Shown one piece after another: positions 13,329-27,893 of a DNA stretch of 64,000 bases (its first letter is position 1; each line of letters begins with the position of its first letter). Source of the stretch: Piromyces finnis finn. Lineage: Eukaryota; Fungi; Neocallimastigomycota. The notes below the pieces were generated by a model. The model was not told the DNA's origin. It made no database searches and saw only the letters and a list, made by a program, of their open reading frames with translations. The DNA is taken from the NCBI GenBank assembly GCA_002104945.1, contig MCFH01000007.1, positions 62,001-126,000 on the forward strand, written 5' to 3'. Both the position numbers and the translations under genes were made by a program.

Positions 13329-14069
13329 TATATTTACATCACATTATAATTAAGAGCAAAACCAAAAGCGGAAAACAAAAATATATATATACGAAATTAT
13401 AACATTACTTTCTTTTAGTTTCTACATTTTTTTTTAATCATATATATTATTATCCAAAAAAATTCTATTTTCTATTAAAAATTGAAGAAAAATGAAAAAG
13501 AGTTTATGGATTACCAATATATATAATATATATCTATCTTTCTTTATACAAAACATTTATATAATACCAACAATTTATATTTATTATATTTTTCTTATTT
13601 TATTTTTTTTTCTCTTTTTTTTTAAAAAAAAAGAAAAAAAATAAATAAATATCTATCTTTTCAATTATACCCTTCTGCTAATTTCATCTCAAAGTAAAAT
13701 TAATAAGTAAAAAAAATGAAATAAAAAATAAAATAAAATTGCTGAAAAAAGTTAACTTCATCACATAATTTAAATTTATGGTATAATAATTATTATAAAA
13801 TTATATTATTCGATTAAAAAAAAAAAAAAAAAAAAAAAAGTGGAGGGGAATAAATAACATATAATAAAAAGGAAATAAAGGATAAACAAATATATATATT
13901 AATAAATAGTATTTTATATATTCGTTCTTCAGAGTAAGTAAATAATATTACTAATATTACTAATAATGAAAATAATATATCTATTTAACAATTTTTAGTT
14001 AATTTCATTAGATATAATGAAAAAATATATATTTGATTTTTAATTATGATTTGTTAAAATGATAATTAC

Positions 14070-14264
<195 letters not shown>

Positions 14265-14418
14265 TGTTATTATCATTGTTATTATTTTAAATGCTTTTAA
14301 ATGTTACTTATTAATTAGCAATAAATTTTTATTTTTTTTTTTTTAGATAAAAAATTTTGTTGCTTATTAATAAGAATATATTTATAAAACTCTATAAATG
14401 GTGTAATATTTGAATAAC

Positions 14419-16843
14419 TTAGAATACAGATCCTAATGCTTCAAACCATGCTAAAATAGTAATATCTGATTCAGCTACTCTTTGAAATTCTTCAAAAGTT
14501 AAATAATCATTACTTTTAGCATTTGCTAAAGAGAATGTTTTATTGACAACTTCTTCTATGGTATCTTGTGACATTGCTTCCATTATTGGTAAATTATTTG
14601 ATCGTCTTAAAGTTTCATAATGATGTTTCTTATTTATTTTAGTAATAAGATTAGCTTGAGTTTGTAATGCGCTGGAAGTGTCTGCTGAAGATGGAGTAAT
14701 AGACGATAATTGGATACTACTTCTCTTTTGTTTAAGTCTGTTATATGGATTAGACGACGTTGGTGCAGAAGTTGAAGAGGATGCTATGGCACTATTGTTA
14801 TTATTAGTAGAAGTTGGTGATATGATAATTGATACATTATTTTTCTTGTTATTACTTGATGCATTTATTTCATTTTTATTTTCTTCAATTTCATCCTCAA
14901 AATTTAACTTCTTTTTTATTTTATTTATATCTGCATCCGCTATATATAACTTATCTTCGGCATTTTCATATATTATTTCATTTGTTAATTTTGTTTTTTC
15001 TTTTGCTTTTTCATAGCTAATATTAAGATCACCCGTACTAACATTAATTTCACTATATTCATCTTCAATTGATCCATCATCTCCATAGCCACCTTTTTCC
15101 TTTTTTTCTTTTTCATCAAAATTATTATTACTTGATGGAATTGGTGCTGCAAATACTGAAGATACTGGTTTGCTAGCTTCATCATCAAAATTTTCCATTA
15201 TACCTTCTTCCATAATTTTAACAACATCCCTTACTAAATTCATACTAAGTTTGAAATATGCTGTAAGCATTTTATGAAGTTCAGAACGACTAATCTTACC
15301 ATCTTCATCTAAATCGTAACCAATAAATGTGTCTTCATATTTTTTGTTAAAAAATTAATATAATGATTATGTTAGTAATTTTATATTTTATTAAAGTGAA
15401 ATTATGTCCAATAAAATAAACTCTCACGCTTAATTCTTTCGTCTAAACTTCCTTTACATAAAATGGACAACCCACATACTAATTCTTCAAAATTTATTAC
15501 GCCATCATGATTTTGGTCAAAAAATCTGAATAGTCTTTCTATAATTAAATTTTTTTCTAAACTCAATGGACCTAGACATAATTCAAATGTATTATGAGTA
15601 ATACCTCCGCCTTCACCTTCAAAAGTTGATAAAGAGTTATATTGATCATAAAATGCTTCTAATTCAACAATATCAACTTTGTTATTAATATATAATTTAA
15701 ATATTATTAAATATTACAATAATATAAATATATATTACAATATTTAAATATAATCAAAAATTATAAAATGTATATTAATATATATAGTGTTGATTTAAAT
15801 ATAAAAGTTAATAATAGCATATATATTAAATTTAAATTTTATTTACAATGTGTTTTCAAATGTAATCTTTGAAGTTGTTTTTCATCTAAAGTTTTTGATA
15901 TAAAATCATTTCCTGGATAAAATATTGGGAGGAGAGCAGAGCGAGGATTAGCTAAAGGTGGAATAGATATTCTTATTTTTAGAAATACATGTGTTATGTA
16001 GTGAACACCTAAAGCTTCACAAGTTTCACATAAATCATAATCAACACAATTTGTACATTTATATCTAAACCCTTGAATTTGTTCTCCACAATTATTACAA
16101 ATAATAGAACGATGAATATAACCCTCTATAATTCATAGTTAAATAGTAATAAAAGTTCATTTTTAGTAATATTTTATATAAATCAAATACTAATAATAAT
16201 TTCATTATTTCATAAATATATAACTATATAAACTTATTTTTAGTTTTTTTTATTTATTTATTTTTTGTACCTTTTCTTGCTTGATCCTCAGCAATAGAAT
16301 AAAGTAATGTTAATAAACTTTGACTTTCTTCGGTATATCCATTTTCTATTTCATCTTCATCATCTTCCTCCTCTGAATCTGTAAAGCTATTATCATTAAA
16401 ATTTGAATCATCACCTTTTATATATATATATTGAATTATTTGTTAAATAAAAATTATGAAATGTAATTATTGTTGAAATTATGAATATTATAAAATTTTA
16501 ATTATTACTTTCTTCATTTATATCTTGTTCTTCCTTATAAAACCTTTTTTCTTTATTAAATACATTTTTACATAAAATTAAGAATATATAAGTATAACTT
16601 ATATTATCATTATTATTACTATCATTATTATTATCTTTATTATTTTATATAAATAAATTATTTACCTTGCTCTTTTTCTTCCAACCTTTCTGTTATATTT
16701 GTATAAATATGAGGTACCTCCTTTTGAAGTAATTTAACTTTTGGTAACATAAGGTTGTAAGCTAATATTGTTGATAACCCAACTAATATACCAGCGAAAA
16801 AAAAAGGTATTGAAGGATCTTTTTGCATTATATTTAAAGGCAT
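14419..16843 (-). CDS. ZZ-type zinc finger and EF-hand Ca2+-binding protein with an N-terminal membrane anchor
   Basis: TM segment FFFAGILVGLSTILAYNLML; ZZ finger HRSIICNNCGEQIQGFRYKCTNCVDYDLCETCEALGVHYITH; EF loops DQNHDGVINFEE, DLDEDGKISRSE and a degenerate NAKSNDYLTFEE. Six exons, GT-AG. Confidence 0.85.
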
Positions 16844-17879
16844 TTTGAAAAATGAATTGAATGATGTTTAATGTTGTTTTTTAATTCTTATTATTAAATT
16901 TCACAAAAAATTCAACTTGCTGTTTTCTTTCGAAATTTAAACATTTATAATTAAGTTAAAAAGATATTTAGATTTTTATTATTAGAATTATATTTTCTAT
17001 TATTTTCTGGTTATTTTTTTATTTTATTTTATTTTTTTTTTTTTTTTTTTTTTTGATAATTAAAATATAGAATGTGAAAGTAACTCTAATTATAATTTTT
17101 TGAAAATTAACATGACAGCAAAAATTATTTCTTTTTCTTTTATATTAAATATTTTAAATATTTATCACTTTTTATTATTCTATTATTATTTGTATTAGCA
17201 TATAATTATTGCATTTTCTTTTTTTTAAAAGGTATATGTATTTTATGTATTTAATATTATTTTTATTTTTATTTTTTTTTAAACTTCTTATTTTATATTT
17301 TTGAAATTTTTCTTTTTTATTTATATATTATTTAATTTATACAGAAAAAATAAAGAAGTAATAAAATAGTTAATAAAAAATATTCCTTTCCTTTATTATG
17401 TATAATTAATAAATATAAAGTTTTGATATTAACAATTGTTTTTTTTTTATTAGATTTTATTTTTATATTTACTTTTTCATTAAATTAAAATTTTACTTCT
17501 TCCAAACTTTATTTTTAATATTTTTTAAAATTCAAATTTTAATAAAAAATAATGTATTGAAATAAAAGAAAGAGAATATAAAATGATAATAATTGAATAA
17601 CTATTTTATTATTTTATTATTATTGAAATAACATAATAATTATTATAATTCAAAAATATAAAACACTATAAAATTTTTATTATATATTGTTTAATAAAAT
17701 AAAGAAAGAATATATTAATTATAATTGTTTATTGTTATATTTACATTTTTAAATTAAATATTTGAAAATTATTTAAAATTAAATAGTTGTTTGTTTTTAT
17801 TAATCTATAATATTATTTGATGATTTTTTTTTAAAAAAAGAATACATAGTATTTAAAAGTTGTTGGGTTAATTACACAA

Positions 17880-19776
17880 TTATGCTTCTTTGGTTTCTAT
17901 TTCACTATTAACTTCATTTGATTGAATATTTTCGGAGTTATCTTTTTCATCCTTTTTATTATTTTGTGGATCCTCACTAACTAATGAAAAACTAATAGTA
18001 CTATCTTCTTTACTACTTATACCTTTACTCATATTCTTTAATAATTCTTTTTCTTTTCTAACAGCAGCGGCTGAATCAACAAGATATTTCTTAATTTGTG
18101 AATCTTTACCTCCATCTAAGGCAGAAGCCTTTTTAAAGCTATCAAATGCATCCTTATATTTGTGTTGCTCATAAAAACAAACGCCTTTTCTATAACTAGC
18201 TTTAATTTTGTCTGATTTTAATGCATTTGGATGATCAAGTACAATAATACATTCAGTTATTGCTAAATTATAATCTTTTTCTTTAATATAGCATGCTGCT
18301 TGATTTAAATGTAATGAGATAGCTAAGCTATGGAAAAGTTTGGTTTTCTCATCATTTTCTTCAGAACTTGGGTATGAGTAATACATTAAATAACGAAGTG
18401 CCTGATTATTAAAAATACAAATATATAGTTTAATTAATAACCAATTCTAATGTAATGTATAATTAATATTTATTAATACTGCTTACCTTTTTATATAATC
18501 TAACTGCTAATTTATATTTACCAGTACAGAATTTATCATTACCATTTTTTTTAATAGATTGAGCAATTTCAAGATAATCTGGATTTTCTGCTTCATAATA
18601 TTCTTTATTTCATACATATTAATATATATTTATTTGAAAGAAAAAAAAAAATAAAAAAATAAAATACATGTATTATAAAAACTTACTTGGGAAAATTGGA
18701 TATCCATCTTCTTGACTGGATTTTTTCATGCCTTCTTCCCAAATACCACAGTCAGAAATAACACAGTCATCAATTGGTTTATCACCACTACCTTCAATAG
18801 AAATAGTTTTCTGAGATTCAATTGACTTAACAATATCCATACCATAAACAACCTTACCAAAAGCAACGTTTTGACCATCAATTTCTGCTATATCATAATC
18901 AGTTACAATAAAGAATTGTGAACCATTAGTGTTTTTATAACCACTGTTAGCCATTGAAACAATTCCTTCTTCATGCTTAATTTCAAACGTTTCATCTTTA
19001 TATATCAATATAGAATAACAATTTAAATAAACATTTTAATGATTATTTATATATACTTTTCATCTTATTTAATAAAATATAGAGTGAAGATTTTTAACTA
19101 TATCTTAATTAATTTAATCGTTCATGAACTAACCATCAAAATATTTGCCATAAATTGATTCACCACCAGTACCATCATTATTTTCTATATCACCACCTTG
19201 AATGATAAAACCCTTCATGATTCTGTAAAATAATGAACCCTTATAACATAATTTTTTACCATTTTTTTCACATTCCCCTTTTCAGAAAATAAAATAAAAT
19301 TATATATTGATTTTATATACATTTTAATAGGATTTAACGAATTAATCAAAATTATATATACATAAAAGGTATTATATAATATTACATAAATATATGCTCA
19401 TTAATAACATAAGTTTTATATTTTATATACATACCTGTACATAAGGCTTTAAAATTTTTACAAGTTTTAGGTGCTACGCTTTCATATAATTCAATAATAA
19501 TTCTACCCTCTATATTGAATTTAGAATTTTGTTTTATTAACAGTTAATATTTTAATAATTTCGGTTATTATTATTATAAAAATAATAGTAATTAATTTAA
19601 TTAATATATAAATATATTGTTTAACAAATATTTATTTTTTAAACTAAATGTTAAAAATATATTAGAAGCATTTCTAAATAATGAAATTTCAATTCTTTAC
19701 CATATTCTCCCCCAATATCAATATCTAAATAAACGAAAGAATTTTTCTTTTCTAAAGTTTCCGATTTTGATTCCAT
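17880..19776 (-). CDS. PPID: Cyclophilin-40 (PPIase D: cyclophilin plus TPR domain; Cpr6/Cpr7-like)
   Basis: [20 protein letters not shown]...[14 protein letters not shown]...[14 protein letters not shown]...[16 protein letters not shown], then TPRs [17 protein letters not shown] and KASYRKG. Confidence 0.92.
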
Positions 19777-20431
19777 TTTTATTTTTAAAAAAGAATATAA
19801 TAAAACTTTAATATTTCAAAATTTTTCTTATAATTTATTTTATTTTTTTCAATTTAATTGAAATTAATTTTCAAAAATATAATAAAATTTAATAGATAAA
19901 AAAAGAAAAATTAAAAAAAAAAAAAACTAACAATTAAAGTTCCTACTCTAAATTTCTTTTTATAACTAAATGTTACATTAAATATAAATTTTGTATTAAT
20001 CAGAGAAAAAAAATGTTGATATGATAAATTTGTTTTATTGGTTAAAAATAAAAACTTCTTTTTTTTGTTTTTTTATCTTTTAATATTAATCTACTATAAT
20101 TTAATAAAATAATATTCTTTTTTTTATTAAAAATAATAATAACGAAATATATTTTAGATATATAAAAAGGATAAAAAAAGTTTTTTTTTCTCTAACACTT
20201 CAATTAAAATATTAAAACCTATAGCTTTTTAATAATTTTTTTTTTTTTTTTTATTTCAATTTTGAATTTATTTTATGGGATTTTTTAAATTTTTATGGAA
20301 TAATTAATTATAAATAAAAGCTTAACAAAAATATAATAAATAAATACTTTTAAAAAAATAATTTTTTCATTTTATTAAATTCTTATTCTAATAAAAATGA
20401 AAAAATAAAATGAATAAAATCATTATTTTAT

Positions 20432-23400
20432 TTAAATCTTTAATTTTTCTAATTCTTTAAGTAATTCAGATTCACGACCAAGTTTTGTAAGCTAGAATAA
20501 GAATAAATGAGAAAATATTTATATATCATTAGTTAAAAACTTTATAAAATTATTATTTAAAAATTATACTTACTTGAGCTTCATCTAAAACAGCACCGCT
20601 TGCCTTTTTGGCCTTTAATGTTTCTATTTCACGTAATTTCTTTTGAACTTGTCTAAGTTTCTTAGCTGGATCTACTGTGGCTGGTTCTGGTGGTGGGGTA
20701 GATGGATTTGAAGCAGCAGCCTTAGCTTCAGCCTTCTTTCTATTTTTTCTTTGATTCTTCTTTTGACTTTTTGTCAATTCTTTTTTTTCTATTTATTAAT
20801 AATAATTATTACTATTTATTAATAAAAATAAATATTTTTTAGAAAAGTATATTTCAATATTGATATACCTTCTGGAGGAACATAACCTGGAATAGCAGCA
20901 GTCTTTTTAGCAGAAATTATTTCTGTTGATCCAGTCTTAACATCTTTGTGTAAAATATTTGATGGAGTGTTTCTGCCACGAGCACCTGGTGGTCTGTAGA
21001 CACCAACTGGCTTTTTAACAACTATATGTGGTTTATTTTTTTAAATATATATATTTAATTAATTTATTATATACAAAATATTTGATTCCATATTATAACA
21101 TTACCTTTAACTTCAGTTTCTGGACCACCAATGAATGGTTCTGGAGCTGGAGCAAGATTAGTCTTTTCAATAAAGTTGTCAACAGCAATTGGCTTCCATT
21201 GAACCTTTTAAATTTTTAATACTTTAATATTTATATTTATTTTGATAAAATATAATAATTATAAAAAAACTTACTTGATATAATTCATTAATTTCTTCTT
21301 GGAATACCTTGACACCAGTGTAATGCCAAATCTTATAACCATTATCAACACGAAGTCTTGGAGTTAAAGTAGCAGTAATAATATGTTGACCATCTGGACA
21401 CCATTCACAATATGAAGCATTTGAAGCTTGAGCTGATCCAATTTTTTTTAAAGTTTTTAAGTCCCAGAAATCCTTATTTATTTTTTATACATTATTCAAA
21501 AATAAAACTTTAATATAACCATAACTTAAAAATGAATGTAATAATAAAAATATTAATATATATCAAAATTTATTTAATACCATTTCACCAGCAAGATTAC
21601 CAAAACCAGCAAGGCAAACTAGTATGTATCAGTTAAGATTAATATTTATTTTTATACACATATTTTTATATTTATTAAGTATGTAAAATATTAAAATTAA
21701 AAGGATATCTCTTCCATGGCAATTGAATTTAACAAAGTTTCTGTGATTTCTTGGGAATTCAAAAACTGGCTTAGCACGATAATCAAACAAAATAGCTCTT
21801 GATGGCATTAAACCATAAATAACAATAAATTCTCTAGAATTTGGACTCCATGCAACATCATGAATTGGAGCCCCAGTTTCTGTTATTTTAATTTTTAATT
21901 AACAAAATCAATATTTATGATGAGTTAATTGATAATTGGAAAGATTTGTTATTATTATAAACTTGATAATACTTATCTATAATAAAACTTACCTAATTCA
22001 ACTCTGCAATCGTAATTACCAGCAATGGCTAAGAAATATAAAGCAGTTTCACCATAGTAAGTGGTACCAGAAGTATCAACATCAGTGTGGGTTAAAACTA
22101 ATAAATTAGTACCTACAGAATAATATTTTTTAAAAAATATATATAAAAAAGGTATATTAATATCATTAATATAATACATATTAAATCAAATATTTATATA
22201 ATCATAAAATATATAAAAGCAATATGGATTTAAAATATAAATTCACTAGTAAAAATTTACCAAGATCATTCCAATACATATCAATATTATCTACTCTAAA
22301 GAAACTTTTGGCTGAAACTGGACTCTTATAATTGTTATAACTATAAATCTTAACAGAGGCTGGGTTACCCTTAATTTCTGGGACAAAAGTAGCAACAAAT
22401 GGACTTTTTCCTGGAGAAATAGAAAATGTAGTCATACCCTTTAACTTAAATTTATTAAGTAAACCTGGAATAATTTATGTATTTATATTAATAACTTATC
22501 AATATAAATATTTTTATCAACTAAGTAAATATAAAAAAATTATTTTTTCATTACTTTTTTCACTAATATTAAAGAATTCAATTTGATCATTAACAAGACG
22601 AGCAACAACGGATTCATCTTCAGTCCATTGAACTTCCCAATTTTTTGGATTTTTTTGGGTAAATTCCATCTTAGCTTCCCCAGAAAGAATATCATAAATA
22701 ATTAAATTTTTGTGAGTTGGTTTATTAGGATCACTAACTTTAACTATTTTCAAGTAGTTTGATATAAAAATAAAATTATCAAAAATAAATTTATTAATAT
22801 AAAAACAACTTTATTATATTAATTAATAATAATTAATATATACCATATTTTTCATAGGTTGAAATATATGTATTTCTTGGAGAAAAAGCAATATCCATAA
22901 TTCCTCTTTTTGTAACTTCCATAATAATTTTGTTATCTTCAGTGTTTAAAACGTAAACACTATTTTTCAAAAGCATTTGAATACAAAAATTATAAATATA
23001 TTTCAATTAAAATTTTATTAAATAATTTTTATATACTTATTTAAATATTTCAAATGTATCCAAATGTATTATATTACCCATCAGCTGTGGCCCAAGCGAG
23101 ATATTGGCCATTCTTTGAATACTTAAAAACTCTAACATTTTTGTCATCTCTATTATATAATAAAATACATTAAAATCAAAACATATAACTATAATTATAA
23201 TACTTATTTTCAATATAAAATTGAAAATGTAAAATATTCAATGATAAAATATATATATAAATACTAACTTATTAAAATTTGTTGAAGTTTCATATTTTTT
23301 TGGAGTACAACTGGTATCATAGACTTTTAATCCAGTAGCACTACGAACTTAATTATATATATAAAATATAAAGATAAAGATATAAAATAAATTATAGGTT

Positions 23401-23937
23401 ATTACTAATTTTTTTTTTTTATAAAAATTAAAGAGGATAAATTGAAAAACAAAAAAAAAAAAAAAAAAGGTTTTTTTTTAGTGTTATGAATAATATAAAT
23501 ATTCCTATTTAAAAAAAATATTAATAGATTAATAGCAATTTAAATTTTGAATTTTATACATCATTTAATACATTCATTAATTTATTATTTTAAGTTTGTT
23601 AGAAAATTAAATTGATAATATAAAAAATATTTTAAATGTAAATATAACTGGATTTAGATGTAATACTGATTTTGATTTTTCACAATACTTTTGTATAATT
23701 TTTAAATTTGTTGTAATAATAATCATTTATAATACTTATTGATGTAACTTTAAATTACTTAAAAATTAATAGAAATTAAATTAATACGCTTTATTAAAGA
23801 AATGTTTAATTATTATATTGTTATAACTTGGATTCCTTTAATTAAGAATTAAGAATTGCAAGATTAATGTATTATAATTCCTCTCATTAATAATGAAAAA
23901 ATTAATTACCAGTAAATTGAGGGATATTTCCTGGCAT
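20432..23937 (-). CDS. EIF2A: Translation initiation factor eIF2A (WD40 beta-propeller)
   Basis: Start MPGNIPQFTVRSATG; hallmark motifs TDVDTSGTTYYGETALY, GAPIHDVAWSP, CLAGFGNLAGEM, TATLTPRLRVDNGYKIW and YRPPGARG. One intron is AT-AC. Confidence 0.95.
21622..21708 (-). other. U12-type (minor spliceosome) AT-AC intron, 87 nt
   Basis: 5' site ATATCCTTT; branch-like TCTTAAC followed by 10 nt to a terminal AC. Removal restores ...NCHGR-V-VCLAGFG... in frame. Confidence 0.85.
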
Positions 23938-25135
23938 ATTTATCTACAATAAATAATTACAAACATATATATATTAATATAAATTGTTTAAATAAGAAAA
24001 AAAATAATTTAATATCTATATATAATTCTATATTCTTAAAACAATGCTTAATCAATATATAATAATTTCAAATTATTTTTTTACAAAAACTTTTATAATA
24101 TATACTTTTATATAATTTCATGTTTATTGATTTATAAATAAAAAAAATAGCATTTGAAAATATTATTCTGATAAATATCTTTAGATACCAAACATTACCT
24201 GTTAAAAGATCTTCAAATTATATAATAATAACAAAATTCTTTTAATCTTTTAATACAAAATAATTATTTAATCTTTAATTATTATTTTTGATCATAGTAG
24301 TGGTTATTCCATACAAACGAAATTTTATTGGTTGGTATTTGTTATAAATTATTAATTAAGTATTATTCATTTACATTCAAATACATTAATGTACTAGAAA
24401 CCATAAAATCTATAAAAAAATTTAACAGAATTATAAAATTTAAAAAATTAATGATTGTTGTTATTAAATTGTTCATTATATTTACTTTCTAATATACATT
24501 TTATAATTTTTTGCACCTTTGAAAAAATTAGTAATTATATATATTAATTAATATATAGCATTTATTTTTACACATATCTAGTATTAATATTATATTTTTA
24601 TATTAAACAAGCATTTTTCTCTAAAAAAAAAAAAATAATTTTACTATATTAATAAAATAATGAAAAAAAATGTTTACCTTAAAATTAAATTGAATTATAT
24701 TAAGAAAATAATGTTACACAAGTATTGAAAATTAAATTTCTATTAAATTATAAATAATGTATTATTTTAAAAAAAAAATAAAATAAAAAAAGCATATATA
24801 TATACTCAAAAATTATAAGGTCTTGATTATTCTTCTAAATAAAAGTAATGTTTATAATAATATAATGTTTATTATATTTTTCATTTTATGAAATTGAAGT
24901 TAACAACACAATTATATTTTTTTATCCTATAATAAAATAAAAAAAAATTTAAAATTTAGATTTGCATATGATTGGTTAAAAATAATTCTTTTTTAAAAAT
25001 AATTCTTTTTTTTTTTTAAATTTGAATATTAATTATATTTAACTGAATTATAGAATAAAAAGAATTTATTTTAATCTTTAATTTCTTTTTAAAAATAATT
25101 TAAAATTTTTAAATAATTATTATAACAATATAAAG

Positions 25136-26811
25136 ATGGGTTTAGCCGGTATATATAATATTATTAAATAAAGTAAATAGCATATATAATTAATATAATA
25201 TATTTAAATTAATAAATTTTTATAAGGACCAAGAAACAAACAAAGAATTTCTATCGATCCACAAAATAAAAAGTGGTCTCAAGGTAATTTATTAATGTAT
25301 TGTTAAAATTATATATAATCAATACTTACTGGTATAATTAATGATTAATTTATATTAAATAAAATATAAACATAAATATATACTAAAAAAAGATAAATCA
25401 AAATATGGGTAGGTCTTACAGTATTAATATATCATAAAATTTTTTTGCCAATTGGAATAATATAATAATAATGAATATTATCATTACTATTAATGTTATT
25501 GTTATTGGTATCCCAAAATATAATAATAAGCAAATAGTTTTAATTAATTAAACATAATCAAATTAATATTTCTTTTATTTCATTTATATAATTAATTAAA
25601 TTTTATATATAGTATGAAATTAATGAAAAAAATGGGTTGGGAAGAAGGTAAAGGTTTAGGTTCAGATATGAGCGGTAAAACTGAACATATTAAAGTTCTC
25701 CAAAAATCAAATAATTTAGGTAATTATAAAAACACGAAGTATCACAAAAGCTTCCAAAAAAATAATAATATCACCCGATTTATTATTTGATTTTTATAAA
25801 TTAAAACAAAATAAGCTATTAACTTACTTAAATTATTATAATGTAAAATCAAAAAATAAAAATAAAAAAGGTATTGGTGCAACAAAAAAAACTATGGATA
25901 ATTGGTTAGATAATACTAATGCCTTTTCCGAGTTATTAAAAAAATTAAATGAAAGAGTTGAAACTGGTAATGTTTCAGATGATGATTCTAGCAAAGATGA
26001 AAAGAAACCAATTGCTTATGGCCGTTTATAGTAAATATTAATATATTATAAAAAAAATTGGGATTATAATAATGCATACTAATAAATGTGATATATGCAA
26101 ATTAATTTTTAAATAAAATATAATAAATACAAATACACAGTCACAGAAAAAGATTTGTACGTAACAAGCAAGTCAGCAACTATGATAAAGAAAATTTAAA
26201 CATGATTCTTGGTGTTAAATCAACCAGTAATACTGCTACTCCAATTACTTCAGATGATGTACATATTCATTATTATACATTAAAATGAAATTTATCAATA
26301 GATATAATATATTTATTTAAAATATACGTTTATATTATTATTTTGAATAATAAAATGTAGGAATCTGAAAAAAATAAGAAAAAGTCATCAGAATCCGAAA
26401 ATTTAAAGGTTAAAATCCAAGAAATAAGTGCAAGTGACTACTTTGCCAATAAAAAGAAAGAAAGATTATTAAAGAGTAAATATTTTTAGAGCATATGATA
26501 AATTTTAAATAAATAAATATATATATTAATATATAAAATAATTTTATAATAAATTATAAGATTCAACTACCTCCACTCCAGCAGAATCTGAAACCGAAAA
26601 AACATCTAATGATGAAAAGGATGATAAGAAATCAAAAAAAGATAAAAAGAAAGAAAAGAAGGATAAGAAGGATAAGAAGGATAAGAAAGAGAAAAAAGAA
26701 AAGAAAGATAAAAAGGAAAAGAAAGAAAAGAAAGAAAAGAAGGATAAGAAAAGAAAAAGTGAAGATGAGGATGGCGAATCAAAGAAAAAGCACAAAAAGT
26801 CAAAGAATTAA
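25136..26811 (+). CDS. PXR1: G-patch nucleolar protein Pxr1/Gno1 (PinX1 family)
   Basis: MGLAGPRNKQRISIDPQNKKWSQDKSKYGMKLMKKMGWEEGKGLG...KVLQKSNNLGIGA...WLDNTNAFSELLKKLN, with a C-terminal KKD/KKE repeat tail. Confidence 0.92.
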
Positions 26812-27893
26812 ATTCATACTAGTATTTTCAACAACAGAATATAAGAATAATAGCATGTTAATTGTTATCATATTAGGGACCCTTTTTTATATATATATAT
26901 AAAAATTAGCAATTATTATTTAATGTTATTTTTTTTTACACCCATTTTAAACAGCAAATTATTTAACTTTTTTTTAATTGATATAATTGATAAACATAGA
27001 CAATATATATACAAAGAGTAATTTATTAAAGTTTTTTATATATTTAAATTTTTTTTCTTTTGTTAATTTTAAATTAATTGTGTATATGCAATTGTTTTTT
27101 TAATACTCCACAAATTACTTATTATAATAAAGATCTATAAATAGAATGATATACCAAAAAAAAAATTGTGAAAAATTTTAATTTTTAGGGTATTTAGTTT
27201 AGAATAATTAATCTTTAGTTTTTATGAATAAAAAAAAAAAAAAAAACTTGTATTAAATATATTTTAATTGTTCTTATCCTCATAAACATTAAAACATTAA
27301 TCGTAAATATGTTTAAAATATTAAATATAGTTCAATATTCTTGTTAAGTTATAATCATACACAAAAGAATTTAAAATTAAATTTATTTTTCAATATTGAA
27401 ATAATAATAAAATTTAAAAAAATGAAAGTTTTTATATATTATTTTGCTTTTTTTTTTTTTTATTATTATTATTAGTTTTATTTATTATTTTGCATTTGTA
27501 ATTTAAAATCTTTTTCTATATACTTCATAACTTATTTTTCTATAGAGAATAATAAATTATATTTTTTTATATTTTTATAAACTATCAATAAGTGTATTAT
27601 AAAATATAAATTTCTATTACTTTTTTTAATTTAGGTTATTGATTTTTTTTGATTTTTTTTTAATTGCTTATTATCTATTATATTTGCTTATTAATTAATT
27701 TTATTATTTATAAGTTTAGGTTTTTCGTTTTCTTTTTGTTTTTGTTTTTGTTTGATGGTTTTGTTTTGTTTTTTTTCCCTTGTTAGTAATTTTTTTTATT
27801 TATTTAAAAATGCTTAAATAGGTATAATTTTTTATATGAAAAAATAAAAAGATTTTAAAATAGGTATCAAAGATGGCTATATTTTTAATTTGC

